The notes: generated by a model not told the origin, from the letters alone. Shown: positions 19,722 through 30,210, counted from the stretch's first letter. The stretch is 54,082 nt of DNA from Lachnospiraceae bacterium (GCA_963590445.1 CAVAPI010000001.1:1-54082), one strand, 5' to 3'. Numbers and translations: made by a program.

Positions 19722-19825
19722 ATGACTCTGCCGTTTGCGCGCCGTGAATGGCCTGTTTGGCCGCCGTAAACGGGCGGTTTACGGAGCGCAACCCGGCGGT
19801 TTGCATTTGCAATACTTCCGTTTTT
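19722..19825. repeat. Degenerate 22-bp-period array
   Basis: GTTT at 19733, 19755, 19777, 19799. Confidence 0.75.
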
Positions 19826-19988
19826 CCCAATCCATATCCGCACTTTCCCGACTCATCTCCGCACTTCATCCGACTTGTTCCCGCCCTTTTTGCCAACTGT
19901 ACGTGGCAAAGGCTGTCGCTATGTGCCTTTTTGTTCATCGGAAAGGCAAAAAAACAGTGCTTGAACGGCGGCTTATGGCAATTTTTCC

Positions 19989-19996
19989 TACCTTTG
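19989..19996 (+). promoter_or_regulatory. -7 element (TACCTTTG)
   Basis: Consensus match upstream of the OadA-like gene. Confidence 0.6.
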
Positions 19997-20066
19997 CATG
20001 AAGTATAAATGCGCAAGCGGAGTGGGGCGGCCCGTTCCCTTGCTGTTTCAAAATCCTATAAATATC

Positions 20067-21839
20067 ATGAAGAAGAAAATCCAATTCAGTCTTGTCTATA
20101 GGGACATGTGGCAGTCGTCGGGCAAGTTCCAGCCCCGCAAGGACCAACTGGAGCGCATAGCCCCGGCCATAATCGACATGGGATGCTTCGCCCGTGTGGA
20201 GACAAACGGCGGTGCGTTCGAGCAGGTCAACCTGCTGGCCGGCGAAAACCCCAACGATGCGGTGCGCGCCTTCTGCAGGCCGTTCAACGAAGTGGGCATC
20301 AAGACCCACATGCTCGACCGTGGATTGAACGCATTGCGCATGTATCCCGTGCCCGACGACGTGCGCCAGCTTATGTATAAGGTCAAGCACGCACAGGGAG
20401 TGGACATCCCGCGCATCTTCTGCGGCCTGAACGACGTGCGCAACATCATACCCAGCATCCGCTGGGCGGCCGAAGCCGGCATGACGCCGCAGGCAACGCT
20501 CTGCATAACCACGTCGCCCGTACACACGGTGGAGTACTACAGTGCGATAGCCGACCGGCTCATCGAGGCCGGAGCGCCCGAAATCTGCCTGAAGGACATG
20601 GCCGGAATAGGCCAGCCCGCCATGCTCGGCGCACTGACCAAGGCCATAAAGACCAAGCACCCCGACATTGTCATACAGTATCACGGCCACTCCGGCCCCG
20701 GATTGTCAATGGCTTCCATACTCGAAGTGTGCAACAATGGCGCCGACATCATCGACACAGCCATAGAACCCCTAAGCTGGGGCAAGGTGCACCCCGACAT
20801 TATCTCCGTCTTGAGCATGCTTAAGCACGAGGGATTCGACGTTCCGGATATAAATATGAATGCGTATATGCACGCGAGGTCGCTCACTCAGGAGTTCATA
20901 GACGACTGGTTGGGCTACTTCATCAACCCAGGCAACAAGCACATGTCGTCGCTTTTGCTCGGCTGCGGGCTGCCCGGAGGCATGATGGGAAGCATGATGG
21001 CCGACATGGGAGGCATGCGCAACGTGATAAACGGCATAAGAAAGAAGAACGGTGAGGCCGAGCTGAGCATGGACGATATGCTCGTTATGCTCTTCGACGA
21101 GGTGGCCTACGTGTGGCCAAGGGTGGGCTATCCGCCACTGGTGACGCCGTTCTCGCAGTATGTGAAGAACATTGCGCTGATGAATCTGCTCACCATGACG
21201 CAGGGCAAGGGGCGCTTCGTGATGATGGACGACTCGATGTGGGGCATGATACTCGGCAAGAGCGGCAAGCTGCCCGGCAAGCTCGACCCCGAAATCGTGG
21301 CGCTTGCCGAGAAGCAGGGCCGCCAGTTCACCACCGAAGACCCGCACACCATACTTCCCGACGCACTCGACGGCTTCAAGGAAGAGATGGAGAAAAACGG
21401 CTGGGAGCGCGGACAGGACGACGAGGAACTGTTTGAACTTGCCATGCATCCCGAACAGTACCGCAACTTCAAGAGCGGACAGGCCAAGAAGAACTTCCTC
21501 GCCGACTTGCAGAAAGCCAAGGACTCGCGCCTCGGAGAGAGCCTCTCTCCCGAACAGCTCTCGGCTCTCAAGCACGCGCGTGCCGACGCTATAGTGGCGC
21601 CGTTGGCCGGACACCTGTACTTTGAGTTTGCCGGTGACGGCGAGTGCAGCAAGTGTCTTGAGCCGTTCATTGGCCAGAAATACAACGAAGGTGACACCTT
21701 CTGCTACATCCAAGCCAAGTGGGGCGAGATTGTACCCGTGCCTTCCGACCTCGGAGGCAAGCTCGTTGAAGTGTGCGCAAAGCAGGGTTCTGTGGTGCGT
21801 CGCGGCGACATACTCGGCTGGATCGAACGCGAACGATAA
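20067..21839 (+). CDS. Oxaloacetate decarboxylase alpha / pyruvate carboxylase subunit B-like protein
   Basis: HMGL-like domain (RDMWQS, GGA, CLKDMAG, HGH), PGGM, GYPPLVTPFSQ, C-terminal biotinyl/lipoyl-like hairpin. Confidence 0.85.
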   Translation: MKKKIQFSLVYRDMWQSSGKFQPRKDQLERIAPAIIDMGCFARVETNGGAFEQVNLLAGENPNDAVRAFCRPFNEVGIKTHMLDRGLNALRMYPVPDDVRQLMYKVKHAQGVDIPRIFCGLNDVRNIIPSIRWAAEAGMTPQATLCITTSPVHTVEYYSAIADRLIEAGAPEICLKDMAGIGQPAMLGALTKAIKTKHPDIVIQYHGHSGPGLSMASILEVCNNGADIIDTAIEPLSWGKVHPDIISVLSMLKHEGFDVPDINMNAYMHARSLTQEFIDDWLGYFINPGNKHMSSLLLGCGLPGGMMGSMMADMGGMRNVINGIRKKNGEAELSMDDMLVMLFDEVAYVWPRVGYPPLVTPFSQYVKNIALMNLLTMTQGKGRFVMMDDSMWGMILGKSGKLPGKLDPEIVALAEKQGRQFTTEDPHTILPDALDGFKEEMEKNGWERGQDDEELFELAMHPEQYRNFKSGQAKKNFLADLQKAKDSRLGESLSPEQLSALKHARADAIVAPLAGHLYFEFAGDGECSKCLEPFIGQKYNEGDTFCYIQAKWGEIVPVPSDLGGKLVEVCAKQGSVVRRGDILGWIERER

Positions 21840-21932
21840 GTTTTCTTATTGATTACAGATTACCGAGTCAAGATGTAAGCGCGGCAGACCACGGTGTTGG
21901 TTTGTCGCGCAGCATCGTTTTTATTTGCGAAA

Positions 21933-22472
21933 GTGGAAAAGTACATTGAAGTAATCAACAAGTTTTATCCCGAAGACAACGAACTCCGCCGTCTGCTGTT
22001 GCGCCATAGCCGCGACGTGGCCGACTATGCGCTGGCCGTGTGCGGCCGCCATAAGGATCTGAACCTTGACCGCGAGTTTGTCGAAACGGGCGCCATGCTG
22101 CACGACATAGGCATCTTTATGACCGACGCACCGGGCATACACTGTCACGGAACCGACCCTTACATACTCCACGGCTACGACGGTGGGCAGCTTATGCGGG
22201 CAGAAGGACTGCCCGAAGTGGCGCGTGTGTGCGAACGGCATACCGGGGCTGGCATCACTCTGCGGCAGATTGAGGAGCTGCAACTGCCGCTGCCACGCCA
22301 CGACTTCCTGCCCGAAACGATGGAAGAGAAGCTCATCTGCTATGCCGACAAGTTCTTTTCCAAGGCGCATCCCGACCGTGTGCGCACCGTGGAACAGGCT
22401 GCTGCAAGCCTCGCGCGCCACGGTGACGACGGCGTGGCGCGCTTTATGGAATGGGCAAGGCTGTTCGCCTGA
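21933..22472 (+). CDS. HD-domain (HDIG) phosphohydrolase
   Basis: H...V, MLHDIG, H...G, ERH, EEKLICYADKF; GTG start inferred. Confidence 0.85.
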   Translation: MEKYIEVINKFYPEDNELRRLLLRHSRDVADYALAVCGRHKDLNLDREFVETGAMLHDIGIFMTDAPGIHCHGTDPYILHGYDGGQLMRAEGLPEVARVCERHTGAGITLRQIEELQLPLPRHDFLPETMEEKLICYADKFFSKAHPDRVRTVEQAAASLARHGDDGVARFMEWARLFA

Positions 22473-22494
22473 CGCAACCGCGGCATTGGGTCAT

Positions 22495-22556
22495 GATAAC
22501 CCGCCCGTTTGCGGGTTGGAAACACTGTGTTTACGCCCGAAAACAGGGGCTTTTGC
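22495..22556. repeat. Short degenerate 22-bp-period array
   Basis: GTTT/TTTT cores at 22507, 22529, 22551. Confidence 0.55.
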
Positions 22557-22616
22557 TGCGTGTTAAATTATCGAAAGCCGCGCGCCATTCGTCATATTAT
22601 AAGTAATTTTGCAGCC

Positions 22617-25526
22617 GTGAGAAAAAAAGCAATGACCTTTTTGCTGTCCTCCGCCTTCCTCTTTGCGTTGGCGGAAGTGCCGTATGTGCTTCACACTGCG
22701 GCTGACAGCAAAGGCAAATTGCCTGTGGCTGACTCTGTTGCAGCCGTTCACGACTCCCTCGCACACGTTTCAGACACCGTAACCTCGACGGTGACGGCGG
22801 CAGGTGACACTCTGGCTGCTGCAACCGTGGCGGACAGCACCGGTGCGGCAGTTCCCGACACCCTGAAAATGGACTCGCTGCAACTCGCCATCTACCGCCA
22901 CAACAAGGCCATAGACGACTCTCTTGCCCTCGACAGCGCCAACCGCAAGCGCAAGAACGGCATAGATGCGCCGGTTTACTATACGGCCAACGACTCGCTG
23001 ACCTATGATGCGGCCACGGGAATGACCCACCTTTACGGTAATTCCAACGTGAAATACGAGAACATGGACCTCACCAGCGACCGCATATACATGAACCTTG
23101 ACAGCAGTATAGTGCACGCTACGGGGGCGAAAGACACCGCCGGGGTGATGGCGGGCACGCCGGTCTTCAAGATGGGAAGCGACACCTACGAGAGCGACAC
23201 CATGGCCTTTAACTTCAAAACCAAGAAAGGCCTTATCAGCGAAGTATATACCCAGCAGCAGGACGGCTACCTTACAAGCGAGCTGTCCAAGCGCAATTCC
23301 AACGGCGAACTGTTCCTCCAGCACGGACGCTACACCACTTGCGACAGTCCGCACCCCGACTTCTACATAGCATTGTCGCGCGCCAAGGTGCGTCCGGGCA
23401 AGGACGTGGTGTTCGGACCGGCCTATCTCGTGGTGGCCGACGTGCCGTTGCCGTTTGCCATACCCTACGGTTTCTTCCCGTTTACCAAGAGCTATTCGAG
23501 CGGTTTCATCATGCCTACGTATGGCGACGAGACCGAACGCGGCTTCTATCTGCGCGACGGAGGCTACTATTTCGCCATAAGCGACAAGGTGGACCTCAAA
23601 CTTATAGGTGAAATCTACACCAAAGGCTCATGGGGACTGTCGGCAGCGTCGAACTATCGCAAGCGTTACCGCTTCTCAGGCAGCTTCTACGCCAGCTTCC
23701 AGAACACCATCAACGGCGAGAAAAACATGCCCGACTATGCGAAACAGACCAGTTTCAAGATTCAGTGGAGCCACCGCCAGGACGCCAAGGCCAACCCTTT
23801 CAGGACGCTTTCGGCCAGTGTGAACTTCGCAACGAGCAGCTATGAACGCAACAACCTGACGAGTATGTACAACCCGCAGAGCTATTCGCAAACCACAAGA
23901 ACCTCGTCGGTGAGCATGACCAACACCTTTTCGAGCATCGGGATGACCCTCAGCACCACGATGAACGTCAGCCAGAACATGCGGGACTCCACCATTGACC
24001 TCACTTTCCCCGACCTTAACATCTCCGTGAGCCGCTTCTATCCGTTCAAACGCAAGAAGATGGCGGGAGAACAGCGGTGGTATGAGAAGATTTACATGTC
24101 CTATACGGGTCAGCTAAGCAACCGCATATCGACCAAGGAAGACCGGCTGATGCACTCCAGCCTGTCGCGTGACTGGCGCAACGGCATGCAGCACACCATC
24201 CCGGTGGGCGGAAACATCACCGTGTTCAAGTACTTTAACATCAATCCCTCGTTCACTTTCACCGACCGGATGTACTCCAACAAGGTGGTAAAGTCGTGGG
24301 ACGAGAAGACCCAAAGGGAGGTCACCGACACGATAGACGGCTTCTACAACCTCTACAACTGGCGGCTCAGCCTGTCCGCAACGACCAAACTCTACGGCTT
24401 TTACGTGCCTTGGCGCAAACTGTTCGGCGACAAGATAACCGCAATACGCCACGTCTTCACCCCGCAAGTGTCGTTCAACTACGCCCCGGACTTCGGTTCG
24501 AGCCGCTACGGCTACTATCAGTCATACCAGAAGACCGACTCCGAGGGCAATGTCTCGCTGGTTGAGTACTCTCCATACTCCAACGGCATCTTCGGAGTGC
24601 CGGGCAAGGGCAAGACGGGAAGCATCTCCGTTGACATATCCAACAACCTTGAGATGAAGATACGGTCGGATGACGACTCGACAGGCTTCAAGAAAATAAG
24701 CCTGATCGACGAACTTGGGGCGTCCATGTCGTACAATATGGCCACCGACATACGCCCTTGGAGCGACCTCAGCACACGGTTGAGGCTGAAGCTGACCAAG
24801 AGTTACACGTTCAATCTCAACGCCACGTTCGCCACATACGCCTATGAGCTTGACGAAAACGGCAAGCCTTACGTCAGCAACCGCGTGACCCGCTACAGCC
24901 AGGGCAGGTTCGGCCGCTTCCAGGGCATGAGCCAGAACCTCTCCTACACGCTTGACAACAAGAAAGTGGCCAACTTCTTCAAGTGGCTGCGCGGCGAGAG
25001 GGTGAAGAAGAACACCGCTTCCGCCACCAAGGACGGCGGTGACGACGAGTATGAGCGCGAGACAAACGAGGACAAGACCCTGCAGGAGGCACAGAAGGGG
25101 GCTAAAAAGGAGAATGCGGGCAAGGCCGAGACCGACGATGACGGCTACATGACGTTCAGTATGCCGTGGTCTCTGAGCTTCGGATACGGCATTTCCATGC
25201 GCGAAGACCAGTCAAAAGACTTCAATTACGACCGCATGATGTATCCTTACTCGTTCACCCAGACGCTGAATTTCAGCGGCAACGTGCGCATAAGTGACGG
25301 CTGGAACATCAGTTTCTCGTCGGGTTACGACTTTGACAACCACAAAATCTCCATGACAACGGCCTCCCTGAGCCGCGATCTGCACTGTTTCAACATGTCG
25401 TGTTCGGTGGTTCTCGCCCCTTACACGAGCTACAACTTCTCGTTCCGGTGCAATGCGGCCACGCTGACCGATGCGCTGAAGTATGACAAGCGCAGCAGTT
25501 ACAGCAATGCGGTGCAGTGGTACTGA
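22617..25526 (+). CDS. Putative LPS-assembly outer-membrane protein (Bacteroidetes LptD-like)
   Basis: Signal peptide, beta-jellyroll (Y.A.DS, YTTC...PDF), SGFIMPTYG...GFYLRDGGYY, C-terminal RDLHC beta-barrel end; GTG start directly after TAATTTTG (22604-22611). Confidence 0.82.
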   Translation: MRKKAMTFLLSSAFLFALAEVPYVLHTAADSKGKLPVADSVAAVHDSLAHVSDTVTSTVTAAGDTLAAATVADSTGAAVPDTLKMDSLQLAIYRHNKAIDDSLALDSANRKRKNGIDAPVYYTANDSLTYDAATGMTHLYGNSNVKYENMDLTSDRIYMNLDSSIVHATGAKDTAGVMAGTPVFKMGSDTYESDTMAFNFKTKKGLISEVYTQQQDGYLTSELSKRNSNGELFLQHGRYTTCDSPHPDFYIALSRAKVRPGKDVVFGPAYLVVADVPLPFAIPYGFFPFTKSYSSGFIMPTYGDETERGFYLRDGGYYFAISDKVDLKLIGEIYTKGSWGLSAASNYRKRYRFSGSFYASFQNTINGEKNMPDYAKQTSFKIQWSHRQDAKANPFRTLSASVNFATSSYERNNLTSMYNPQSYSQTTRTSSVSMTNTFSSIGMTLSTTMNVSQNMRDSTIDLTFPDLNISVSRFYPFKRKKMAGEQRWYEKIYMSYTGQLSNRISTKEDRLMHSSLSRDWRNGMQHTIPVGGNITVFKYFNINPSFTFTDRMYSNKVVKSWDEKTQREVTDTIDGFYNLYNWRLSLSATTKLYGFYVPWRKLFGDKITAIRHVFTPQVSFNYAPDFGSSRYGYYQSYQKTDSEGNVSLVEYSPYSNGIFGVPGKGKTGSISVDISNNLEMKIRSDDDSTGFKKISLIDELGASMSYNMATDIRPWSDLSTRLRLKLTKSYTFNLNATFATYAYELDENGKPYVSNRVTRYSQGRFGRFQGMSQNLSYTLDNKKVANFFKWLRGERVKKNTASATKDGGDDEYERETNEDKTLQEAQKGAKKENAGKAETDDDGYMTFSMPWSLSFGYGISMREDQSKDFNYDRMMYPYSFTQTLNFSGNVRISDGWNISFSSGYDFDNHKISMTTASLSRDLHCFNMSCSVVLAPYTSYNFSFRCNAATLTDALKYDKRSSYSNAVQWY

Positions 25527-25594
25527 TGCCTGGACGGGCAATCCGGTTGCGCAGAGCGGGCGCGGCCGTCATGTGACACAAACAATTAAATGAT

Positions 25595-27850
25595 ATGGCA
25601 GAACTTCCGGCTCTTGTGAAAGACCTTGCACTCATCCTCATAGTGGCGGGTGCGGTCACGTTAGTGTTCAAGCGGCTCAAGCAACCCCTCGTGCTGGGCT
25701 ACATAGTGGCGGGTTTTTTGGTCAGCCCGCAGTTTCCCTACACTGCTTCGGTGGCCGATTTGGCCAATGTTGACATTTGGGCTAACATCGGTGTAACGTT
25801 CCTTTTGTTCTCCTTGGGACTGGAGTTTTCGTTCAAGAAGATACTCAAGATGGGGCTGGCTCCTGTGGTTGCGGCCGGTACCATAATCTTCTGCATGATG
25901 TTTCTAGGCATCGGAGTCGGCCACGCCTTCGGTTGGAGCCGTATGGACAGCATCTTCCTTGGCGGTATGTTGGCCATGTCGTCCACGACAATCATCTACA
26001 AGGCCTTCGACGACATGGGGCTTAGGCAGCAGAGGTTTGCCGGTGTCGTTATGAGTGTGCTCATTCTGGAAGACGTACTTGCCATAGTCCTGATGGTCAT
26101 GCTGTCGGCCATTGCCCACGGCAACGACCCTGACGGCGGCGAAATGATAGGTATAGTGCTGCGGATAGGCTTCTTCCTTGTCCTTTGGTTTGTGGTCGGC
26201 ATCTTCCTGATACCGCAGTTGCTGCGCCGGGTGCGCCGCCTGATGACCGACGAGACGCTGCTTGTCGTGGCCTTGGGGCTGTGTTTCCTTATGACGGAGG
26301 TATCGACTGCGGTAGGTTTCAGCAGCGCTTTCGGTGCGTTTGTCATGGGCAGCATACTCGCAGAGACCGTCGAGGCCGACAGGATAGAGCGGGTTGTGGA
26401 GCCTGTGAAGAACCTTTTCGGCGCCATCTTCTTCGTTTCCGTCGGAATGTTGGTCGATATACAGGTGCTGATCAACTATGCCTGGCCCATTGTAGTGCTG
26501 GTTCTTGCCATTCTGGTGGGGCAGGCAGTGTTCGGAACGCTGGGCTACCTGCTCAGCGGACAGCCGTTGAAGACCTCCATGCAGTGCGGTTTCTCCATGG
26601 CACAGATTGGTGAGTTCGCCTTTATCATAGCTTCTTTGGGCCTGTCCCTTCATGTTGTTGGCGATTTCCTTTACCCTGTTGTCGTGGCGGTGTCGGTTAT
26701 CACCACGTTCCTCACGCCTTACATGATGCGTTTTGCCAATCCGTGCTATTCGGCCTTGGAGAAACGTCTGCCGAAGAGGCTCATTGCCAGTCTCAACCAG
26801 ATGACTCTCAACGGCCGTCTGTCCATGCCGGGTGGCGACAACTGGCGCAGGCTGCTGCGTCAGATGGCGGTCAACACGCTCATCTACTCCACTTTGTCGG
26901 TGGCGGTCATAGCGTTGATGTTCACGTTCGTGCTGCCTTTCGTCCGCAACCTGATGCCCGGATGGCACTGGACGGCCAATCTCATCTGCGGACTGCTCAC
27001 TGTGGCGGCCATGTCGCCCTTCTTGCGTGCAATGGTGATGAAGAAAAACCGCAGTGAAGAGTTCAAGGCGTTGTGGGCTGAGAACCGTTACAACCACGTA
27101 CTGCTTGTCCTGACCATCGTAGTGCGTATCGCCATTGCCTGCGGATTTGTGTTCTACGTGTGCAACTACCTGAGCCGCTTTGCCAATGCGCTCATGATAG
27201 TCATTGCGCTTGCCCTTGTTGCTGTGATGGTCCTGTCGCGTTGGCTGAAGATGGGCAGCATCCGCATGGAGCGGATGTTCGTCCAGAACCTGCGTTCGCG
27301 CGACATGGCGGCAGAAGCGGTAGGCTTGCGGCGGCCGCTCTATGAGGAACACCTGCTTGACCGTGACCTCCACATGGCTGACATCGTGATTCCGCAGGAC
27401 TCACTGTGGGGCGGACAGACGCTGAGGCAGCTTGCCCTGGGCACAAAGTTCGGGGTTCATGTGAGCAGCATACTGCGCAGCACCCACAGGATAAACATTC
27501 CCGACGGCGATACCGAGATTTTTCCGGGCGACAAGCTGCAGGTGATAGGCAGCGACAGCGGCCTTTCGGCCATGGCAGCCGCCCTCCGCTCCGAGCTGTA
27601 TGGCGAGGATGCCGACGTGGAGAAGCGTTCCATGAGGCTCAGGCAGATGGTCATCACAGCCAAGAGCGCCTTTGTCGGCAAGACACTGTGCGAGAGCGGC
27701 ATACGAGACCGCTACAACTGCATGGTCGTGGGGCTGGAAGAGGGCAAGGAAACCCTGTCGCAGGTTGCGCCGTCGCACCGTTTCGAGACGGGAGAGATAC
27801 TGTGGATTGTGGGCGAGGAGCCGGCTCTTGAGGCGATAGTCAACGCCTGA
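25595..27850 (+). CDS. CPA2 cation:proton antiporter with two TrkA-C (RCK-C) domains
   Basis: LKQPLVLGYIVAG, SSTTII.K, ILED, QIGEFAFIIA; C-terminal repeats G.TL..L......V. Confidence 0.9.
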   Translation: MAELPALVKDLALILIVAGAVTLVFKRLKQPLVLGYIVAGFLVSPQFPYTASVADLANVDIWANIGVTFLLFSLGLEFSFKKILKMGLAPVVAAGTIIFCMMFLGIGVGHAFGWSRMDSIFLGGMLAMSSTTIIYKAFDDMGLRQQRFAGVVMSVLILEDVLAIVLMVMLSAIAHGNDPDGGEMIGIVLRIGFFLVLWFVVGIFLIPQLLRRVRRLMTDETLLVVALGLCFLMTEVSTAVGFSSAFGAFVMGSILAETVEADRIERVVEPVKNLFGAIFFVSVGMLVDIQVLINYAWPIVVLVLAILVGQAVFGTLGYLLSGQPLKTSMQCGFSMAQIGEFAFIIASLGLSLHVVGDFLYPVVVAVSVITTFLTPYMMRFANPCYSALEKRLPKRLIASLNQMTLNGRLSMPGGDNWRRLLRQMAVNTLIYSTLSVAVIALMFTFVLPFVRNLMPGWHWTANLICGLLTVAAMSPFLRAMVMKKNRSEEFKALWAENRYNHVLLVLTIVVRIAIACGFVFYVCNYLSRFANALMIVIALALVAVMVLSRWLKMGSIRMERMFVQNLRSRDMAAEAVGLRRPLYEEHLLDRDLHMADIVIPQDSLWGGQTLRQLALGTKFGVHVSSILRSTHRINIPDGDTEIFPGDKLQVIGSDSGLSAMAAALRSELYGEDADVEKRSMRLRQMVITAKSAFVGKTLCESGIRDRYNCMVVGLEEGKETLSQVAPSHRFETGEILWIVGEEPALEAIVNA

Positions 27851-27935
27851 GGCCGGCCTGCTGCCGCCTTCTCTCCATAAAACGGCCTGCATTCCGGCGG
27901 CGGTGTCCGGGACTGTATTCAGGAAACAACAAGAT

Positions 27936-29117
27936 ATGAAAAAGAACATCAGGATTTTCGTTCCCGCAACGTTGGGAATGTTGACGGCTTTCGGCCCGTT
28001 TGTCACCGACTTCTATCTGCCCGTACTGCCCGAAATGGCCGACTACTTCCGCACTTCGCCGGCACTGGCCTCCATGAGCCTTACCTCCGGCATGGTCGGA
28101 CTGGCCGCCGGACAGGTGTTTATAGGCCCTTTAACCGACAAGATCGGGCGCAAGCGCATACTTGTGGCGTCGATGCTGCTCTTCGTAGTGGCCTCCGTTC
28201 TGTGCATAATGGCCACGGACATCTTCCTTTTCAACCTCTTCCGCCTGTTCCAAGGGCTTGCCGGAGCCGGCGGAATAGTGATCTCCAAGAGCATGGCCAC
28301 GGACATGTACAGCGGCAAAGAGCTGGCTGACTTCATGGCAGTGCTCGGTGCGGTCAACGGCATAGCCCCTGTGGCGGCTCCCGTAGTGGGCGGACTCATG
28401 GCCGGGGTGGCTTCGTGGCAGGGCGTGTTTGCTCTGTTGCTCGTGGTGGGTGCGGTGCTTGCGGTGTGCAGTGCGATGCTTAAGGAAACGCTGAAGCCCG
28501 AAAACCGCATACGCAAGAGCCTCCCCACTGTCTATGCCAACCTGTTCAGAGTGTTCCGCAACCCCGTTTTCTCGCTCTGCTGCCTCTCTTCAACAGCCCT
28601 TTTCTTCATGTTTTTCGGCTATATAGCCTCGTCGCCGTTCATCCTCCAGCAGGTTTACGGCCTGTCAGCGTTGCAGTTCAGCCTCTGTTTCGGGCTTAAT
28701 GCCTTTATGATAGGCATCGGTTCGGCCTTGGCAACCCGGTTCCGCCGCCAGACCACCTGCCTGAAATGCGGTGCCGTTGACCTGCTTGTGGCCACCGTAG
28801 TGCTCGCCTTCTGCCTGCTTGTGCACATGCCTCTGCCCATTGTCATGGCCGCCTACGTCTATGCGATGACCAGTTTCGGACTGATGCAGCCCGCCCTGAC
28901 GTCGATAGCCCTCGACAGCGAGCGCAACAACGCCGGGGCTGCCAGTGCCATGTTCGGCGCCGTTCAGTTTGTGGCCGGCGCTTTGGTCAGCCCGCTGGTG
29001 GGTCTCGGCCGCATAGAGGCCGCGTCTTCAGCCGTTATGTTCGGCGGTTCGCTCCTGTCTCTCCTCTTCGTGCTCTCGCTTACAGGCCGGTTGCGCCGCA
29101 GCGACCCCGCCGCCTGA
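27936..29117 (+). CDS. Bcr/CflA-family MFS efflux transporter
   Basis: DFYLPVLP, GPLTDKIGRK, RLFQG, APVVGG, AGAASA. Confidence 0.88.
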   Translation: MKKNIRIFVPATLGMLTAFGPFVTDFYLPVLPEMADYFRTSPALASMSLTSGMVGLAAGQVFIGPLTDKIGRKRILVASMLLFVVASVLCIMATDIFLFNLFRLFQGLAGAGGIVISKSMATDMYSGKELADFMAVLGAVNGIAPVAAPVVGGLMAGVASWQGVFALLLVVGAVLAVCSAMLKETLKPENRIRKSLPTVYANLFRVFRNPVFSLCCLSSTALFFMFFGYIASSPFILQQVYGLSALQFSLCFGLNAFMIGIGSALATRFRRQTTCLKCGAVDLLVATVVLAFCLLVHMPLPIVMAAYVYAMTSFGLMQPALTSIALDSERNNAGAASAMFGAVQFVAGALVSPLVGLGRIEAASSAVMFGGSLLSLLFVLSLTGRLRRSDPAA

Positions 29118-29139
29118 TTTCCCCGACCCTCCAGTCCGG

Positions 29140-29230
29140 CTGCACAAACCGCCGGGTTGCGGCTCGTAAACGGTGCACTTGCGATATGCAAACCGCCCGT
29201 TTACGACGCCCAAACCGTGCCTTTGCGTTT
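29140..29230. repeat. Degenerate 22-bp-period array
   Basis: AAAC at 29146, 29168, 29190, 29212. Confidence 0.78.
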
Positions 29231-29282
29231 GCGGGCCGCCGCTTTTATTCCTGAAAAAAGAACGGTTTTCACGGATTATCCT

Positions 29283-29290
29283 TATCTTTG
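29283..29290 (+). promoter_or_regulatory. -7 element (TATCTTTG) for the ATPase/TOPRIM pair
   Basis: Consensus match about 60 nt before the ATG. Confidence 0.65.
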
Positions 29291-29352
29291 CAAATAAGGA
29301 CAAGCCGTTTCATGCTGCTTGCTGACCGATTGACAAACCAAAGGAGGTGCCT

Positions 29353-30171
29353 ATGCAAAAGTATGCCGACCACATAGTCCAGATAGAGATAGAGTCTCTT
29401 TGGAGCAACACCAAGCATATCATGTGGAATCTCGACCCCAAGGTGAACATACTCAGCGGTATCAACGGGGTGGGGAAGAGCACTATATTGAATAAGGTGG
29501 TGAGAGGGCTGTCGCAGGGCGGCGAGTTTCCGAGCCACATGCTCAAGGGAGTGCGCATAAAGGTAAGCCCGGAGGACGCAAGGTGGATACGCTATGACAT
29601 AATCCGCAGCTTTGACCGTCCGCTCATGGGCAGTGACACCGTAAACCGCATCGTTGACGCGCCCGTAGCCACCGAACTCGACTGGCAGCTCTACCAGTTG
29701 CAGCGCAAATACCTCGACTATCAGGTTAATATAGGCAACCGCATCATCGAAGTGTTGCAGGGCGGCGATGCTGACGGTGCGGCCAAGGCGCAGGAAATAT
29801 CCGCCCCGAAGAAGAAATTCCAGGACTTGATGGACAAACTGTTTGCCGAAACGGGCAAGCAGCTCGTGCGCACGAGCAACGAGATACTCTTTTCGCAGAT
29901 GGGGGAGCGGCTTACGCCCTACCAACTGTCGAGCGGCGAGAAACAGATGCTCGCCATACTGCTGACAGTGCTCATAGAAGACCGGCAGCATTACGTCCTT
30001 TTCATGGACGAACCGGAGGTCAGCCTCCATGTGGACTGGCAACAGAAGCTCATAGAGATGATTTTGGAGCTTAATCCCAACGTGCAGATTGTGCTTACCA
30101 CCCACTCTCCGGCCGTCATAATGAACGGCTGGATGGACAAGGTGACCGAGGTGAGCGACATAACGCTGTGA
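29353..30171 (+). CDS. Soluble ABC-type ATPase (AAA_21/AAA_15-like; AriA-like)
   Basis: Walker A GINGVGKS, signature LSSGEKQ, Walker B/D-loop FMDEPEVSLH.DWQ, H-loop TTHSP; no permease partner. Confidence 0.85.
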   Translation: MQKYADHIVQIEIESLWSNTKHIMWNLDPKVNILSGINGVGKSTILNKVVRGLSQGGEFPSHMLKGVRIKVSPEDARWIRYDIIRSFDRPLMGSDTVNRIVDAPVATELDWQLYQLQRKYLDYQVNIGNRIIEVLQGGDADGAAKAQEISAPKKKFQDLMDKLFAETGKQLVRTSNEILFSQMGERLTPYQLSSGEKQMLAILLTVLIEDRQHYVLFMDEPEVSLHVDWQQKLIEMILELNPNVQIVLTTHSPAVIMNGWMDKVTEVSDITL

Positions 30172-30210
30172 CCTGTTACGCAAAGTTCAACCACTTTAAC
30201 TTTCCAAAGC

